The notes under the pieces: generated by a model
Databases searched by the model: none
The model's input: only the letters and a program-made list of their open reading frames with translations
What the model was told of the DNA's origin: nothing
Shown here: piece after piece, positions 47,642 to 56,951 of the stretch
How positions within the stretch are numbered: the first letter of the stretch is position 1
Layout of the letters: each line of letters begins with the position of its first letter
Assembly: GCA_965199825.1 (NCBI GenBank)
Contig: OZ241329.1
Coordinates: forward strand, 1,952,001-2,016,000
Direction of reading: 5' to 3'
Source: Bdellovibrionales bacterium
GTDB lineage: Bacteria; Bdellovibrionota; Bdellovibrionia; Bdellovibrionales; UBA1609
DNA length: 64,000 nt
Position numbers and translations under genes: made by a program

Positions 47642-48442
47642 GTTTAAGAGGGAGGCGACATGGAACAAAACTTCCATATTGACCTTTGAAGTTCGAAAGA
47701 ACTGATAACCCGCTCCAACTCCCGCCGCAAATCCATGAACCGATTCGACATGCGAAAAAATATTATCATCTTTATTGCGGATACTTGCCCCGCCGTAACC
47801 GAGATCAGCCGTAATCAGAGGCGACTGATCGCGATCACTAAAATAGTAATTCGCACCTAAACCCACATAGCCAAAACGATCGCTCGTTTGATCATAAAAA
47901 ACTTTGATTGCGCTATGAGGATCAATTTCAAAAAAGTATCCCAGTGCAAAATTAAAAAAGGTGTTTTGATCGCCCACGTTCACCCCGCCCGCAGGTCCAA
48001 AACCGATATACCAACGATTGATGGTTCCCCGTCGTCTTAGGCTTCCGGTAACTTCGTTTTCGGTCACGCTATCGACCTTACCGTTTTTGTTTACGGCCAC
48101 TTCGTCGATTGCTGATTCCACAACCCGAGTCACCACATTGTCGATTTCGTCAAACCGTTGAGCCTTCATTTGGGAAGAAAAAATAGATTCGTCATTTTTG
48201 TATTTTTCGACGGTAAAAATATAGGCAGAACCCAATTTGACAAGTCTTGGATTTAAAACAAATTGGCCATTTTTCCCTACCACGGAATGGTGTCCAGCAC
48301 CTGTAACCGCACTCGACATCAACTCTTGAACGGTATTCGATTCTTCCGTGGTGGTGCCCACCGATTTCAGTTCACCAATGGTAAACGTCGAGGCCACTGC
48401 GAAATGCAATGTCAGTTGTAAAAAAAAATTGAGTACAATCAT
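47585..48442 (-). CDS. Exported protein with C-terminal outer-membrane beta-barrel
   Basis: Signal peptide, alpha/beta N domain, beta-strands ending YGLRVGVYF. Confidence 0.7.
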   Translation of the reverse strand: MIVLNFFLQLTLHFAVASTFTIGELKSVGTTTEESNTVQELMSSAVTGAGHHSVVGKNGQFVLNPRLVKLGSAYIFTVEKYKNDESIFSSQMKAQRFDEIDNVVTRVVESAIDEVAVNKNGKVDSVTENEVTGSLRRRGTINRWYIGFGPAGGVNVGDQNTFFNFALGYFFEIDPHSAIKVFYDQTSDRFGYVGLGANYYFSDRDQSPLITADLGYGGASIRNKDDNIFSHVESVHGFAAGVGAGYQFFRTSKVNMEVLFHVASLLNSNRDGLPLKYGLRVGVYF

Positions 48443-49134
48443 TCAGATCTCCCTTGAATAGGCCTTAAGCCTTCAACTAAAAATTGTTTATTCCAATACT
48501 TAAAATCGATTTCCCAATTATCTAAACTTAAGGTGTGCACGCGCTCAGGCCTATCTTTATAAACAAGCGGTCGCGGATCAAGTTCTAAACATTCACGAAT
48601 CATTTCTTTGAAATGATTTTTTAAATTATTTTTATTAAATTCATTTTCGAAATTTTGGCTGAAGGAGACCGGAATCACCTCGAGTGAGCAGTTTTCGAGC
48701 CAGCCTCGCTGGGCGTCGGGATAGGAATCATAGTCGCGCACGTAGGGCTTCACATCTAAAACGGGTGTTTGATCAACAAGATCGACACCTCTTAAGTACA
48801 ACCGATCTTTTTCGACCTTAATCAATTCCGAACATGTGAGCCCAATCGGATTGGGGCGATGGGGCGAACGGGTGGCAAGCACACCCATTTTTTTGCCCCC
48901 CAGTCGCGGTGGGTGAACCTTTCCTGGCGAGACCTTGTTTCTGTTGCGATGAAACACAAAGATCAGCCAAACGTGCGAAAAGCCCTCAAGCCCTTCGGTG
49001 ATATTTTTGAGTGAATAGGGTTTTAAGATTTCAAGGACAGCCTCATTCGAGGTGGCATAGCGACCTTGACGGGGAATTCCAAACAGATGCTTGTAAGAGG
49101 AGTGAATAAGTCCAATCGGTTCAAAATTCGCCAT
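48439..49134 (-). CDS. trmO: tRNA m6t6A37 methyltransferase TrmO
   Basis: FGIPRQ, GVLATRSPHRPNPIGL, DLVDQTPVLDVKPY, LDPRP. Confidence 0.93.
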   Translation of the reverse strand: MANFEPIGLIHSSYKHLFGIPRQGRYATSNEAVLEILKPYSLKNITEGLEGFSHVWLIFVFHRNRNKVSPGKVHPPRLGGKKMGVLATRSPHRPNPIGLTCSELIKVEKDRLYLRGVDLVDQTPVLDVKPYVRDYDSYPDAQRGWLENCSLEVIPVSFSQNFENEFNKNNLKNHFKEMIRECLELDPRPLVYKDRPERVHTLSLDNWEIDFKYWNKQFLVEGLRPIQGRSE

Positions 49135-49200
49135 TTTGACGTTTTGCGAAAAATCTCGTATCAGTGTCAATCCAATAATGATTTTTAAGAAAGTAATCCT

Positions 49201-50262
49201 ATGATCCAACTTTTGTTTTTATTTGCCCTCGCGAGCGAACACGCTCAGGTGCATGTTCATTTCGATCGCGGTGAGGTCAGTATTGTGAGCAAGGAATTTT
49301 CTTTGCCAAAAAAAATCCAGCGCCAAATCGAAGATCGTTTGCTGATGGACTTTGCGGCTCGCGGTTTAAAAAAGACCGATATTGTTTTGGAAGGCCAAGC
49401 GGTCGATGCGGTAGCAAAAGACTTTCGTGAAAATAAGGGATCTGCCAAAGAGTCGCTCTATTCTCTTTTGCGTTTGCAGATTCAAAACAATCAGGGCCTC
49501 AGTGTGACTGGCGAAAATGCCCGAGTCTTTTTTGGGGGTCACCTTGTAGTCGGGCCCGGAGAAAAGCTTTCGCATGTATTGGTGATTGGTGGTGAAGCCG
49601 AAATTTTTGGCAATGTCGACCGTCTCGTTCAATTGGGAGGATCGGTTCATATTCATCCCGGAGCCCAGATCTCGTCTCAGATTGTTCACCTCAACGGAAC
49701 TCTTGAGGTCGAGCCGGGGAGTCACATCAGCAATCCCCCTTTTAGTTTTAAAGATATTTTAAATTTTTCGATTCTGGATCATCTCAATTCGGCATGGCTT
49801 CCCCAGCCCTTTTTATTTTCGGGCTCGGTCTATTGGATCTATAAAATTTTACTTTGGGTTTTTATTACGATCATCGGCACTCTTACCGCAAATATGTTTC
49901 CAAAATATCACCTTCGGGTGCAGCGGGGGTTGATCGATCGAGCAGTAGGTAACTTTGTTTACTTCTTTATCGCCCAAATCATTTTGATTGTTTGTGGATT
50001 TTTGTTTTTAATCTCAGTGGTAGGGATTCCGCTGATCCCTTTGTTATTTGGATTTTATTATTTGTGCTACTGGCTAGCCCAAGCCGAGCTGGCTTGTAAA
50101 ATCGGTCGCTTGTTACGCGTGCCGTCGGTGGGGTTGAGTATACTTGTCGGATTGATACTCTTACATTTAACAGCCGAGCTGCCATTGATGTCGGTGGTGT
50201 TTTGGATTTTGGTGATGATCAGCTTTGGCTCGGTTTACCGTGAGATGGGATTTAAAACTTAA
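49201..50262 (+). CDS. Membrane protein with bactofilin-like beta-helix and multi-TM C terminus
   Basis: Repeated V.IGG / V.LGG turns, then SVVGIPLIP and several TM helices. Confidence 0.65.
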   Translation: MIQLLFLFALASEHAQVHVHFDRGEVSIVSKEFSLPKKIQRQIEDRLLMDFAARGLKKTDIVLEGQAVDAVAKDFRENKGSAKESLYSLLRLQIQNNQGLSVTGENARVFFGGHLVVGPGEKLSHVLVIGGEAEIFGNVDRLVQLGGSVHIHPGAQISSQIVHLNGTLEVEPGSHISNPPFSFKDILNFSILDHLNSAWLPQPFLFSGSVYWIYKILLWVFITIIGTLTANMFPKYHLRVQRGLIDRAVGNFVYFFIAQIILIVCGFLFLISVVGIPLIPLLFGFYYLCYWLAQAELACKIGRLLRVPSVGLSILVGLILLHLTAELPLMSVVFWILVMISFGSVYREMGFKT

Positions 50263-50274
50263 AAAGTAGGTTTG

Positions 50275-51828
50275 ATGAGTGATTTTTTTCAGCAAGGGCC
50301 GGTCCTAAAAAATACATTTTTAAACGACACTTTTTTTATTCGTCTGCTCAAACAGTTTTTACCACAAGATCTTTACCAAGAAATATTTAAAGATCTCGAA
50401 AATCTTGGGGCTTTGGCTTCGGGTCCGCTCCTCAGGTTAGCTCAAGGAGCAGAACTCCATCCCCCCGAACATATTCCATTTGATGCTTTTGGCAATCGGA
50501 TCGATCAGATCTGGTGCACACCAGAATGGGAAGAATTAAAAAAAATAGCGAGCGAGCAGCAGCTGATCCGAATTGCTTATCAGCGTAAACAAAAAGAGTT
50601 TTCTCGACTTTACCAGTTTGCCAAACTTTATTTGTTTCATCCGTCTTCGGCCTTTTTCAGTTGTCCCTTGGCAATGACCGATGGTGCAGCTCGTGTGCTA
50701 GAGCTTCATAAAAATCAAGAGTGGGCGAGCCAAGCGTTTGAGCATCTGACCTCTGATTCTCTCAACCAGTTTTGGATCTCAGGGCAATGGATGACCGAAA
50801 AATCGGGAGGCTCCGATGTCAGTCAGACCGAGACCGAGGCGACACCCTCCGGAGATCACTTTTTGCTCAATGGAACAAAATGGTTTACCTCAGCAATCAC
50901 TTCCGAAATGGCATTAGGGCTTGCACGAATCAAAAACTCAAAAACTCTCAGCCTATTTTATATTCCGGTCCGTCTTAACGGATCACTTAATGGCATCGAG
51001 GTTTTAAGACTTAAAAATAAGATGGGAACTCGAGCACTTCCCACAGCAGAATTAAAATTAAAAGATACAAAGGCTTTTTTGATTTCAGAACAAGGAATCA
51101 AAGCGGTCTCAGCGATGCTCAATATCACTCGTCTTCACAATGCGATCTGTTCGGTGGCCCAAATGAGTCGGGGCCTACAGCTCGCACTCAATTATTCAGA
51201 ACAGCGTTTTGCGTTTGGAAAAAAGATTATCGCCCATGCTCTTCATCAAAAAACGCTGTTTGAGTGTTTGATCGAACGGAACAAATGCCTTTATCTTACC
51301 TTAGAAATGGCAAGGCTTTTGGGGCTTGATGAAACCAATTTGGCAACCGAGGAGGATCAATATCTTTTGCGACTTCTAACCCCAATTGCAAAACTGTATA
51401 CCGCAAAAAAAGCGGTCTCGGTCACCGCAGAGGTGCTCGAAACTTTTGGTGGAATTGGTTATATCGAAAATTCTCAAATTCCTGTGTTGATGCGTGACGC
51501 CCATGTTTTTCCTTTGTGGGAAGGAACCACAAACGTGTTGAGTCTTGATGTGTTACGCGTGAAAGATAAATTAGGACTTGATCTGTTGTTTAAATATTTA
51601 AAAGTGAAAGCGGCGCCTGAACTTCATCAAAAGCTTGATCAATTTTGTGCGAGCGCTGCAAGGTCGACGGCAGAGCAAGCTCGCGATCTTGCCTTTGCCA
51701 TTGGAGATTGGTTTTGTAGTTTGGGTATTTTTGAAGTTTCAAGTTTAACCGAACAAAAATTTTTGCTCGAAAATCTACCCATAGATTTAAGGCCAGCAAT
51801 TCATTTCGAAAGCCAGCTCCAGCTTTGA
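50275..51828 (+). CDS. Acyl-CoA dehydrogenase, AidB-like
   Basis: [47 protein letters not shown]. Confidence 0.88.
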   Translation: MSDFFQQGPVLKNTFLNDTFFIRLLKQFLPQDLYQEIFKDLENLGALASGPLLRLAQGAELHPPEHIPFDAFGNRIDQIWCTPEWEELKKIASEQQLIRIAYQRKQKEFSRLYQFAKLYLFHPSSAFFSCPLAMTDGAARVLELHKNQEWASQAFEHLTSDSLNQFWISGQWMTEKSGGSDVSQTETEATPSGDHFLLNGTKWFTSAITSEMALGLARIKNSKTLSLFYIPVRLNGSLNGIEVLRLKNKMGTRALPTAELKLKDTKAFLISEQGIKAVSAMLNITRLHNAICSVAQMSRGLQLALNYSEQRFAFGKKIIAHALHQKTLFECLIERNKCLYLTLEMARLLGLDETNLATEEDQYLLRLLTPIAKLYTAKKAVSVTAEVLETFGGIGYIENSQIPVLMRDAHVFPLWEGTTNVLSLDVLRVKDKLGLDLLFKYLKVKAAPELHQKLDQFCASAARSTAEQARDLAFAIGDWFCSLGIFEVSSLTEQKFLLENLPIDLRPAIHFESQLQL

Positions 51829-51846
51829 CACCGTGAGCGTCAAAAT

Positions 51847-52044
51847 TTAGTGCATGCGATGATCGCGGACCCGCGCTAAGAGCTCACACTTTTCGCATGT
51901 GGCTTCTTCGCGCAAAGTAAATTCGGCAAGGTAAGTTTCCACAGTGATTTTAAGTTCATCGTTGCACAGTGGGCAGTGATTTTGAACTTCAACAAAGGCC
52001 TGATGTTTTTTTGATCTTCTTGTTTCTAACTTTTGATTTTTCAT
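51847..52044 (-). CDS. Small zinc-ribbon hypothetical protein
   Basis: CPLC...CEKC; AAGGGG SD. Confidence 0.7.
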   Translation of the reverse strand: MKNQKLETRRSKKHQAFVEVQNHCPLCNDELKITVETYLAEFTLREEATCEKCELLARVRDHRMH

Positions 52045-52099
52045 GATGTTCCCCTTAGGTACAACATCTTCTGCAAATTTGGTGCTTAAGGACTTTTGT

Positions 52100-52657
52100 C
52101 TAATTAAATTGAATGCGCGAAGCTCGGCGAATCGTTTTTGGTAAATCAGGATGCGCACTTTCTAAAACATGAATTTCAAGATTTTGGACTGTCATGGCTT
52201 CAGAAATTATAAGTTGGGCAACTTTATCCTGAACCTTAAAAAGCTCATCATTAAAATTCGCCACATTATAATCTAAACCGGTGTCATCAAGTGCGGTCGA
52301 AAAAGTAACAAATCGGGCATCTTTGCTCACTTCAATTTTAACATTTTTTTGGATTGCTCCAAAGCTCACTCGCACCAACGGTTGCGAAGCCTGAAGTTGA
52401 AGCTTTGATTGTTCATTTCGCGAATTCAGAGTGAGGGTGCAGGAATATTTAAGTGAGTGGGGTTTTCTAACAATGTGATCCGCGCAGCTTTCAAAATCGG
52501 CTGAGTTAAACGAAAATGTTTTCGAGCGCAAATCAAGAGCCTCAAAAACTCCGCCAGGAGTGTTAATGAAATAAGCTTTTGATTTTAAGGTTGCCTCTTT
52601 TAAAACAAGTGCCGAGCTCGACAGTGGAAAGAGCAAAATCAAAAGTGCGAATTTCAT
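52100..52657 (-). CDS. Secreted hypothetical protein
   Basis: AAGGA SD, signal peptide SSA. Confidence 0.7.
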   Translation of the reverse strand: MKFALLILLFPLSSSALVLKEATLKSKAYFINTPGGVFEALDLRSKTFSFNSADFESCADHIVRKPHSLKYSCTLTLNSRNEQSKLQLQASQPLVRVSFGAIQKNVKIEVSKDARFVTFSTALDDTGLDYNVANFNDELFKVQDKVAQLIISEAMTVQNLEIHVLESAHPDLPKTIRRASRIQFN

Positions 52658-52781
52658 AATTATCCTTTTATTGGAGTTCACCGGTTTAGTTGTGCAAACT
52701 CCAATGCGAGCTAGGAACAAAGCCGCTTTGATCTGGCGTGAAAAAGGGTATGTGCGGTGACAATTATTGGCAGCCGCAAGA

Positions 52782-53318
52782 TTATTTTAAAAGTTTCCCG
52801 CATTGGTCAGGAGTGAGTATCCCGAGGTTGATATTCCAATTGAGGATTCGCCGCTCGTCGTTTGTCACTGCAGTTAAAATCAGTTTGGCCATTTCTTTTT
52901 CGCGCTCAGGCTGCCCCAATTGGGCAACGTATTGTTGTGTGGCCCTTTGGAATCCTTCGGACTCAAACCACCGAATAAAATGGATATGATGATTTTTAGC
53001 CATCAAAAATTTTCGGATATCGCTGCGTTCTTGGGTGCTTGAATTAAATGTTGGTCCCCAATTCAAAGACTCAAGCTCCTCTTGACTCAGCCATTGGGCA
53101 GTAACTTTTTTGGCCCTTCGCATTGATCCGTGATGAAAGGTGTCGGCATAAAGGGCATACCCTTCAAAGCCGTAATAGCGAGAATCGATGACCCCACTTG
53201 GGAATAATCGTTCTTTTGCATTTTTGGGAAGAGCTGAAAGGACGTGATGAGTTCTATTGATTGGGATTGATATCGGAGCAGCAAAAGCGATGACTAAAAA
53301 ACTAATAAATAAAATCAT
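52782..53318 (-). CDS. Secreted protein with one copy of the GY...LNWG repeat
   Basis: Signal peptide; GYALYADTFHHGSM...LNWGPTFNSSTQERSDIRKFL. Confidence 0.75.
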   Translation of the reverse strand: MILFISFLVIAFAAPISIPINRTHHVLSALPKNAKERLFPSGVIDSRYYGFEGYALYADTFHHGSMRRAKKVTAQWLSQEELESLNWGPTFNSSTQERSDIRKFLMAKNHHIHFIRWFESEGFQRATQQYVAQLGQPEREKEMAKLILTAVTNDERRILNWNINLGILTPDQCGKLLK

Positions 53319-53379
53319 AAACTTTGTCCTACCTAACTCGATCAGGTTTGGCTTGAGATCAAGTTGAATTCTGAAAAGG

Positions 53380-54747
53380 TTATCGTGTGCTCCTGATTGG
53401 GCTTAATATTTTTCGGCAACTCTCTGACTTTGAATCGTCCTTTAATTCAAAGGCTACCGCCTCTTGCGAAGTCATGGACGCCCGAAATTGTTTACTAAAT
53501 TTGGACATGATGGGCTGTGGAATCGGCTGGTGTATCCCAAAAAAAATATTTAAATACTGAGCAATCGTCTCGTTCAAATTAAACCTTGATTCAGTGGTCA
53601 CTCGCCACGGTGATAAAAAATCACGAATTTTTTGACGCTCCGAAGTTGTTCCGTTAAAAACGCTTCCCCAATTGAGCATCGCAAACTCTTCTTTTGAAAG
53701 CACGGCGGATATATTCAGGAAGGCCTTGGCCATATTGCCATCGTAATAATCTTCGGCATATGCGACGTAACCTTGTTGACCGCGGTATTTCGTTCTCAAT
53801 GCATATTTCAAAAATATTTGTTTGCGCTCTTTAAAAAATTTATCGGGATTTCCATGATAGGCATTGCCCCAATTGAGTAAGCCGAACTCGTTTGCAGTTA
53901 AAACCGCAGAGGCATTCATAAATGCCTTCTTCATCGACTCATTGGTAGCCGAAGGATAAATAAATTGAGTATAATTAGCATAGCCAATAGGGTCGATATA
54001 ATTAGGATTTGGTTGGTCATTGGGAAACAAAACTGATCTCTGATAGATAAAGTCTGGTGTTGCTCCATCATAAGAATGGCCCCATCCAAAAAGCTTCATT
54101 TTTTCTTTACCCAAGGCCGCCGAAACATTTTTAAAGGTCTTTAGCATCTGTTTGTCATAATAGGTGTCAGAATAATTGATGTAACCTTCGGTGCCTAAGA
54201 ACTCCGGTCGAACTTGTCCATTGCTTGCAAACAAACGCTGTTCTTCAAGTTGGTAATCGACAGTTGAGCCTATGTAACAGGATCCCCAATTGAGCTTTGC
54301 AAATTCGGCTGGGCTGAGCACACTAGCCGCATCGGCAAAAGCCAGATGCATCAGACCCACACCATTCTTTTGATAAAAAAGATCGGAATAAAGAATATAT
54401 CCTGCGGGATCTTTATAAACAGGATTTATTTCTCCATCCATCAAGAGTCGATCGCGCTGTTCAAAATAATCTTTGGTGGTTTTTCCAAATCTGTTGCCCC
54501 AGTTTAATTTTTTGAATTGAGCAAGCCCAAGTGCTTGAGACGTCTTTTTGTGGGCTTGATTCATATTTCCGAAAAATAAAAGATTGGAAACAAAAATGTA
54601 TCCGGCCACGTCGTGAATGCGGATGTCATCAAGCTTGAGAGAAGCTACAATTGTTTGCTGAGAGGGATAACGATGACTTTGAACATCTGCAAAAATTGGA
54701 AGATGCAAAAATAGAAGGCCGGCAATCAAACCAGATTTCAAATCCAC
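53380..54747 (-). CDS. Secreted protein with five tandem 67-72-aa GY...LNWG repeats
   Basis: Signal peptide; five alignable repeats from residue 49. Confidence 0.85.
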   Translation of the reverse strand: MDLKSGLIAGLLFLHLPIFADVQSHRYPSQQTIVASLKLDDIRIHDVAGYIFVSNLLFFGNMNQAHKKTSQALGLAQFKKLNWGNRFGKTTKDYFEQRDRLLMDGEINPVYKDPAGYILYSDLFYQKNGVGLMHLAFADAASVLSPAEFAKLNWGSCYIGSTVDYQLEEQRLFASNGQVRPEFLGTEGYINYSDTYYDKQMLKTFKNVSAALGKEKMKLFGWGHSYDGATPDFIYQRSVLFPNDQPNPNYIDPIGYANYTQFIYPSATNESMKKAFMNASAVLTANEFGLLNWGNAYHGNPDKFFKERKQIFLKYALRTKYRGQQGYVAYAEDYYDGNMAKAFLNISAVLSKEEFAMLNWGSVFNGTTSERQKIRDFLSPWRVTTESRFNLNETIAQYLNIFFGIHQPIPQPIMSKFSKQFRASMTSQEAVAFELKDDSKSESCRKILSPIRSTR

Positions 54748-55127
54748 TCGCGATATGCCGTATGAAGGAGGCTTGGAATCATCTGGTTAAGGAATGTGAG
54801 GGAGAGGTAATATTCGGTGCTCAAATCAGAAATATTTATTGAAACCGAATGGTCTTGAAGCGCTTGGGCGGTTTGGGAAAGGTAATTTTTCAGATCGCTC
54901 TTCATTTCTAAAACTTGATGAGGTGTGAGTGGGATCGGACAAATGTAATCTGTTGTCCGGTTACTAAAATGGCATCCATCTCGTTCTACGATGTTCAAAA
55001 ATGAATTAGGTGCTTGATGGTCTCGTTTGTGTGCCTGAATCAGTGCGGGCTCAAATGAAAAACTCGAAGTCGAATGGTGAGCTTCGCAGGCAACTAAAAT
55101 AAAGCTAAATAAAATAAGTTTTCGCAT
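54738..55127 (-). CDS. Hypothetical lipoprotein
   Basis: MRKLILFSFILVAC lipobox; stop overlaps the downstream start. Confidence 0.6.
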   Translation of the reverse strand: MRKLILFSFILVACEAHHSTSSFSFEPALIQAHKRDHQAPNSFLNIVERDGCHFSNRTTDYICPIPLTPHQVLEMKSDLKNYLSQTAQALQDHSVSINISDLSTEYYLSLTFLNQMIPSLLHTAYREWI

Positions 55128-55155
55128 AGTTACGAACAAAGCAAATCTCTCGCCC

Positions 55156-55197
55156 AAATAAAGTCACTCAACTTGAAGTTTAATCTGGTTGAGTGGC
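55156..55197 (-). terminator. Possible terminator hairpin
   Basis: Minus strand GCCACTCAAC...GTTGAGTGAC followed by TTTATTT. Confidence 0.45.
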
Positions 55198-55211
55198 GAT
55201 ATTTTGATCAC

Positions 55212-56027
55212 TCACTGTAGTCCGGTAAATCCTCGCTGAACCACATAGATGGACTGCCCAAAAAAATCTTTTTTAAATTTCAAATACGCCTGAAATCGGG
55301 GAGCGGTGGGATCCATATCTTCAAGCGCTTTGAGGCGAGTCAGAATCTCTCTTGATTTGCTGTTGAAAAAATAAAATCTTAAGCGTGCAATCTCTTCGGT
55401 GATATAAAACGGGCTCATCAACATGTCTTGATGCCGAATCATTTGCAGTAAGAGCGAGTCAAAAGTTGATTTGGTATCGGTCGTCGGTTCATCCACAATA
55501 TTTATCTTTTGCACCCCATAATCATAGATGACCTGAGCAGTAAAACTCACGGTTGAAGTTTTTAAATCCTCGTGCACATTATGAATGATAATTTTCTGAG
55601 GCATCTTGAGGTGACGGCGTTCCAGCGGAGAAATATCAGAGCTGTCAAACGGCTCTTTAAAAACGGTCCGGTGCTGATAGATGTCCCTTAAGATCGGGCT
55701 TGGTCTTTGGTAAAAATTAAAAATACTAAAATGCATTTCAGAAAGCGCTTGGGGTTTAAATGTAGTTCGAAGCAGACCTGAGACCCACTCAGGTCCTTCA
55801 TTCAAGGTGTGCTTGAGCTCTTCTTCTGAAGGGCGGGGATCTAAAAATGTAAAACAGCTGGTCGGCTTAAACGAAAACTGTTTGGCCACCTTCAAAGCTG
55901 CGATTTGAGATGGAGTTAAATCTCGAGCTCGAATCTGTGAAATCTTTTTGGTCAAACTCTCAATAGACTGAGGGCTGAGTGTCGAACAAAAGGCGGCATG
56001 AAAAAAGAGAACAGCATATATGATCAT
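55212..56027 (-). CDS. Secreted hypothetical protein
   Basis: 271-aa ORF with AAGGA SD and short signal peptide. Confidence 0.7.
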   Translation of the reverse strand: MIIYAVLFFHAAFCSTLSPQSIESLTKKISQIRARDLTPSQIAALKVAKQFSFKPTSCFTFLDPRPSEEELKHTLNEGPEWVSGLLRTTFKPQALSEMHFSIFNFYQRPSPILRDIYQHRTVFKEPFDSSDISPLERRHLKMPQKIIIHNVHEDLKTSTVSFTAQVIYDYGVQKINIVDEPTTDTKSTFDSLLLQMIRHQDMLMSPFYITEEIARLRFYFFNSKSREILTRLKALEDMDPTAPRFQAYLKFKKDFFGQSIYVVQRGFTGLQ

Positions 56028-56163
56028 GGCAAATCCTTAAGCAAGATCGAGGCCCGTAAGGCGTCTTTGCGCGAATGAGTCATCTTGCTGAATCTTGGGG
56101 ATAATAAGGCGAGAAGGGGAAGCAAAGGTCCATCCATTTTGAGATGGACCTAAAAACATACAA

Positions 56164-56793
56164 TCAGGTGCTGCGAGCCGCGTAGTATTCGGTAAATAAA
56201 CCAGAATCAAAAGTAAAAGGAACATGCTCGGTGCCAGGAATTGCTTGGACCACACCAATTTCTTGGCCGCCTTTATCCTCTTTACGAAGATAATCTGGAA
56301 CTTCCATTCGAGGAGCTTGTTTGGCGCGCAAATAAATTTGGTTGCCATAACCTTTGTCGATCAAACTGACTTCGCCACCCTGTGGCACCACAAAAGAGCT
56401 GATATCAACTGTCTGTCCATTGACCTGAACATGTCCATGACTCACAAGTTGACGCGCCGAACGCATACTTGGTGCAAAGCCCAAACGAAAGATCACATTA
56501 TCAAGACGGCGCTCTAAAAGCCCCGCAAGTTTTTGAACCCAGTTAGTTCCCGCACCTTTTTTGGCGTCACGGATAAAACGACGCAATTGTTTTTCGCGCA
56601 AAGCATAGTGCTGACGGATTTTTTGTTTTTCTTCGAGTCGAAGAGCGAAATCAGAATATTTACGACGTTTATTGCCATTTTCGCCAGGGGGATAGGGGCG
56701 GCGCTCGAGAGCTCCGGCTTTACCAAGTCCAGGTATTTCCATTCCAAGGCGACGTTGAATTTTAAAACGTGCAACTTTTCCTACTCTTTTCAC
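56164..56793 (-). CDS. rpsD: 30S ribosomal protein S4, stand-alone, cysteine-free
   Basis: RPYPPG, LEEKQKIR, LERRLDNVIFRLGFA, ARQLVSHGH; GTG start after GAGG. Confidence 0.95.
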   Translation of the reverse strand: MKRVGKVARFKIQRRLGMEIPGLGKAGALERRPYPPGENGNKRRKYSDFALRLEEKQKIRQHYALREKQLRRFIRDAKKGAGTNWVQKLAGLLERRLDNVIFRLGFAPSMRSARQLVSHGHVQVNGQTVDISSFVVPQGGEVSLIDKGYGNQIYLRAKQAPRMEVPDYLRKEDKGGQEIGVVQAIPGTEHVPFTFDSGLFTEYYAARST

Positions 56794-56951
56794 AAACAAA
56801 ACCTCATGAGCTTATTATTTTGAACAATTCAAGGACCTTCGTATATCGGGGTTCGATTTAAACTTCAACGCCTTTCGCGACAAACGTCATATTTAACACC
56901 TACCCATTGATGTTTTCCTCGCATTGATTGAAGCTAGTTGTTGGAGGACGA

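Noticed and set aside
52061..52090. Sigma54 promoter before the zinc-ribbon gene (minus strand AAGCACCAAATTTGCA)
   Set aside because: The invariant GG at -24 reads AG; not well enough supported
52738..52989. 83-aa plus-strand ORF
   Set aside because: Antisense to the repeat-containing gene, which has homology support from its neighbour
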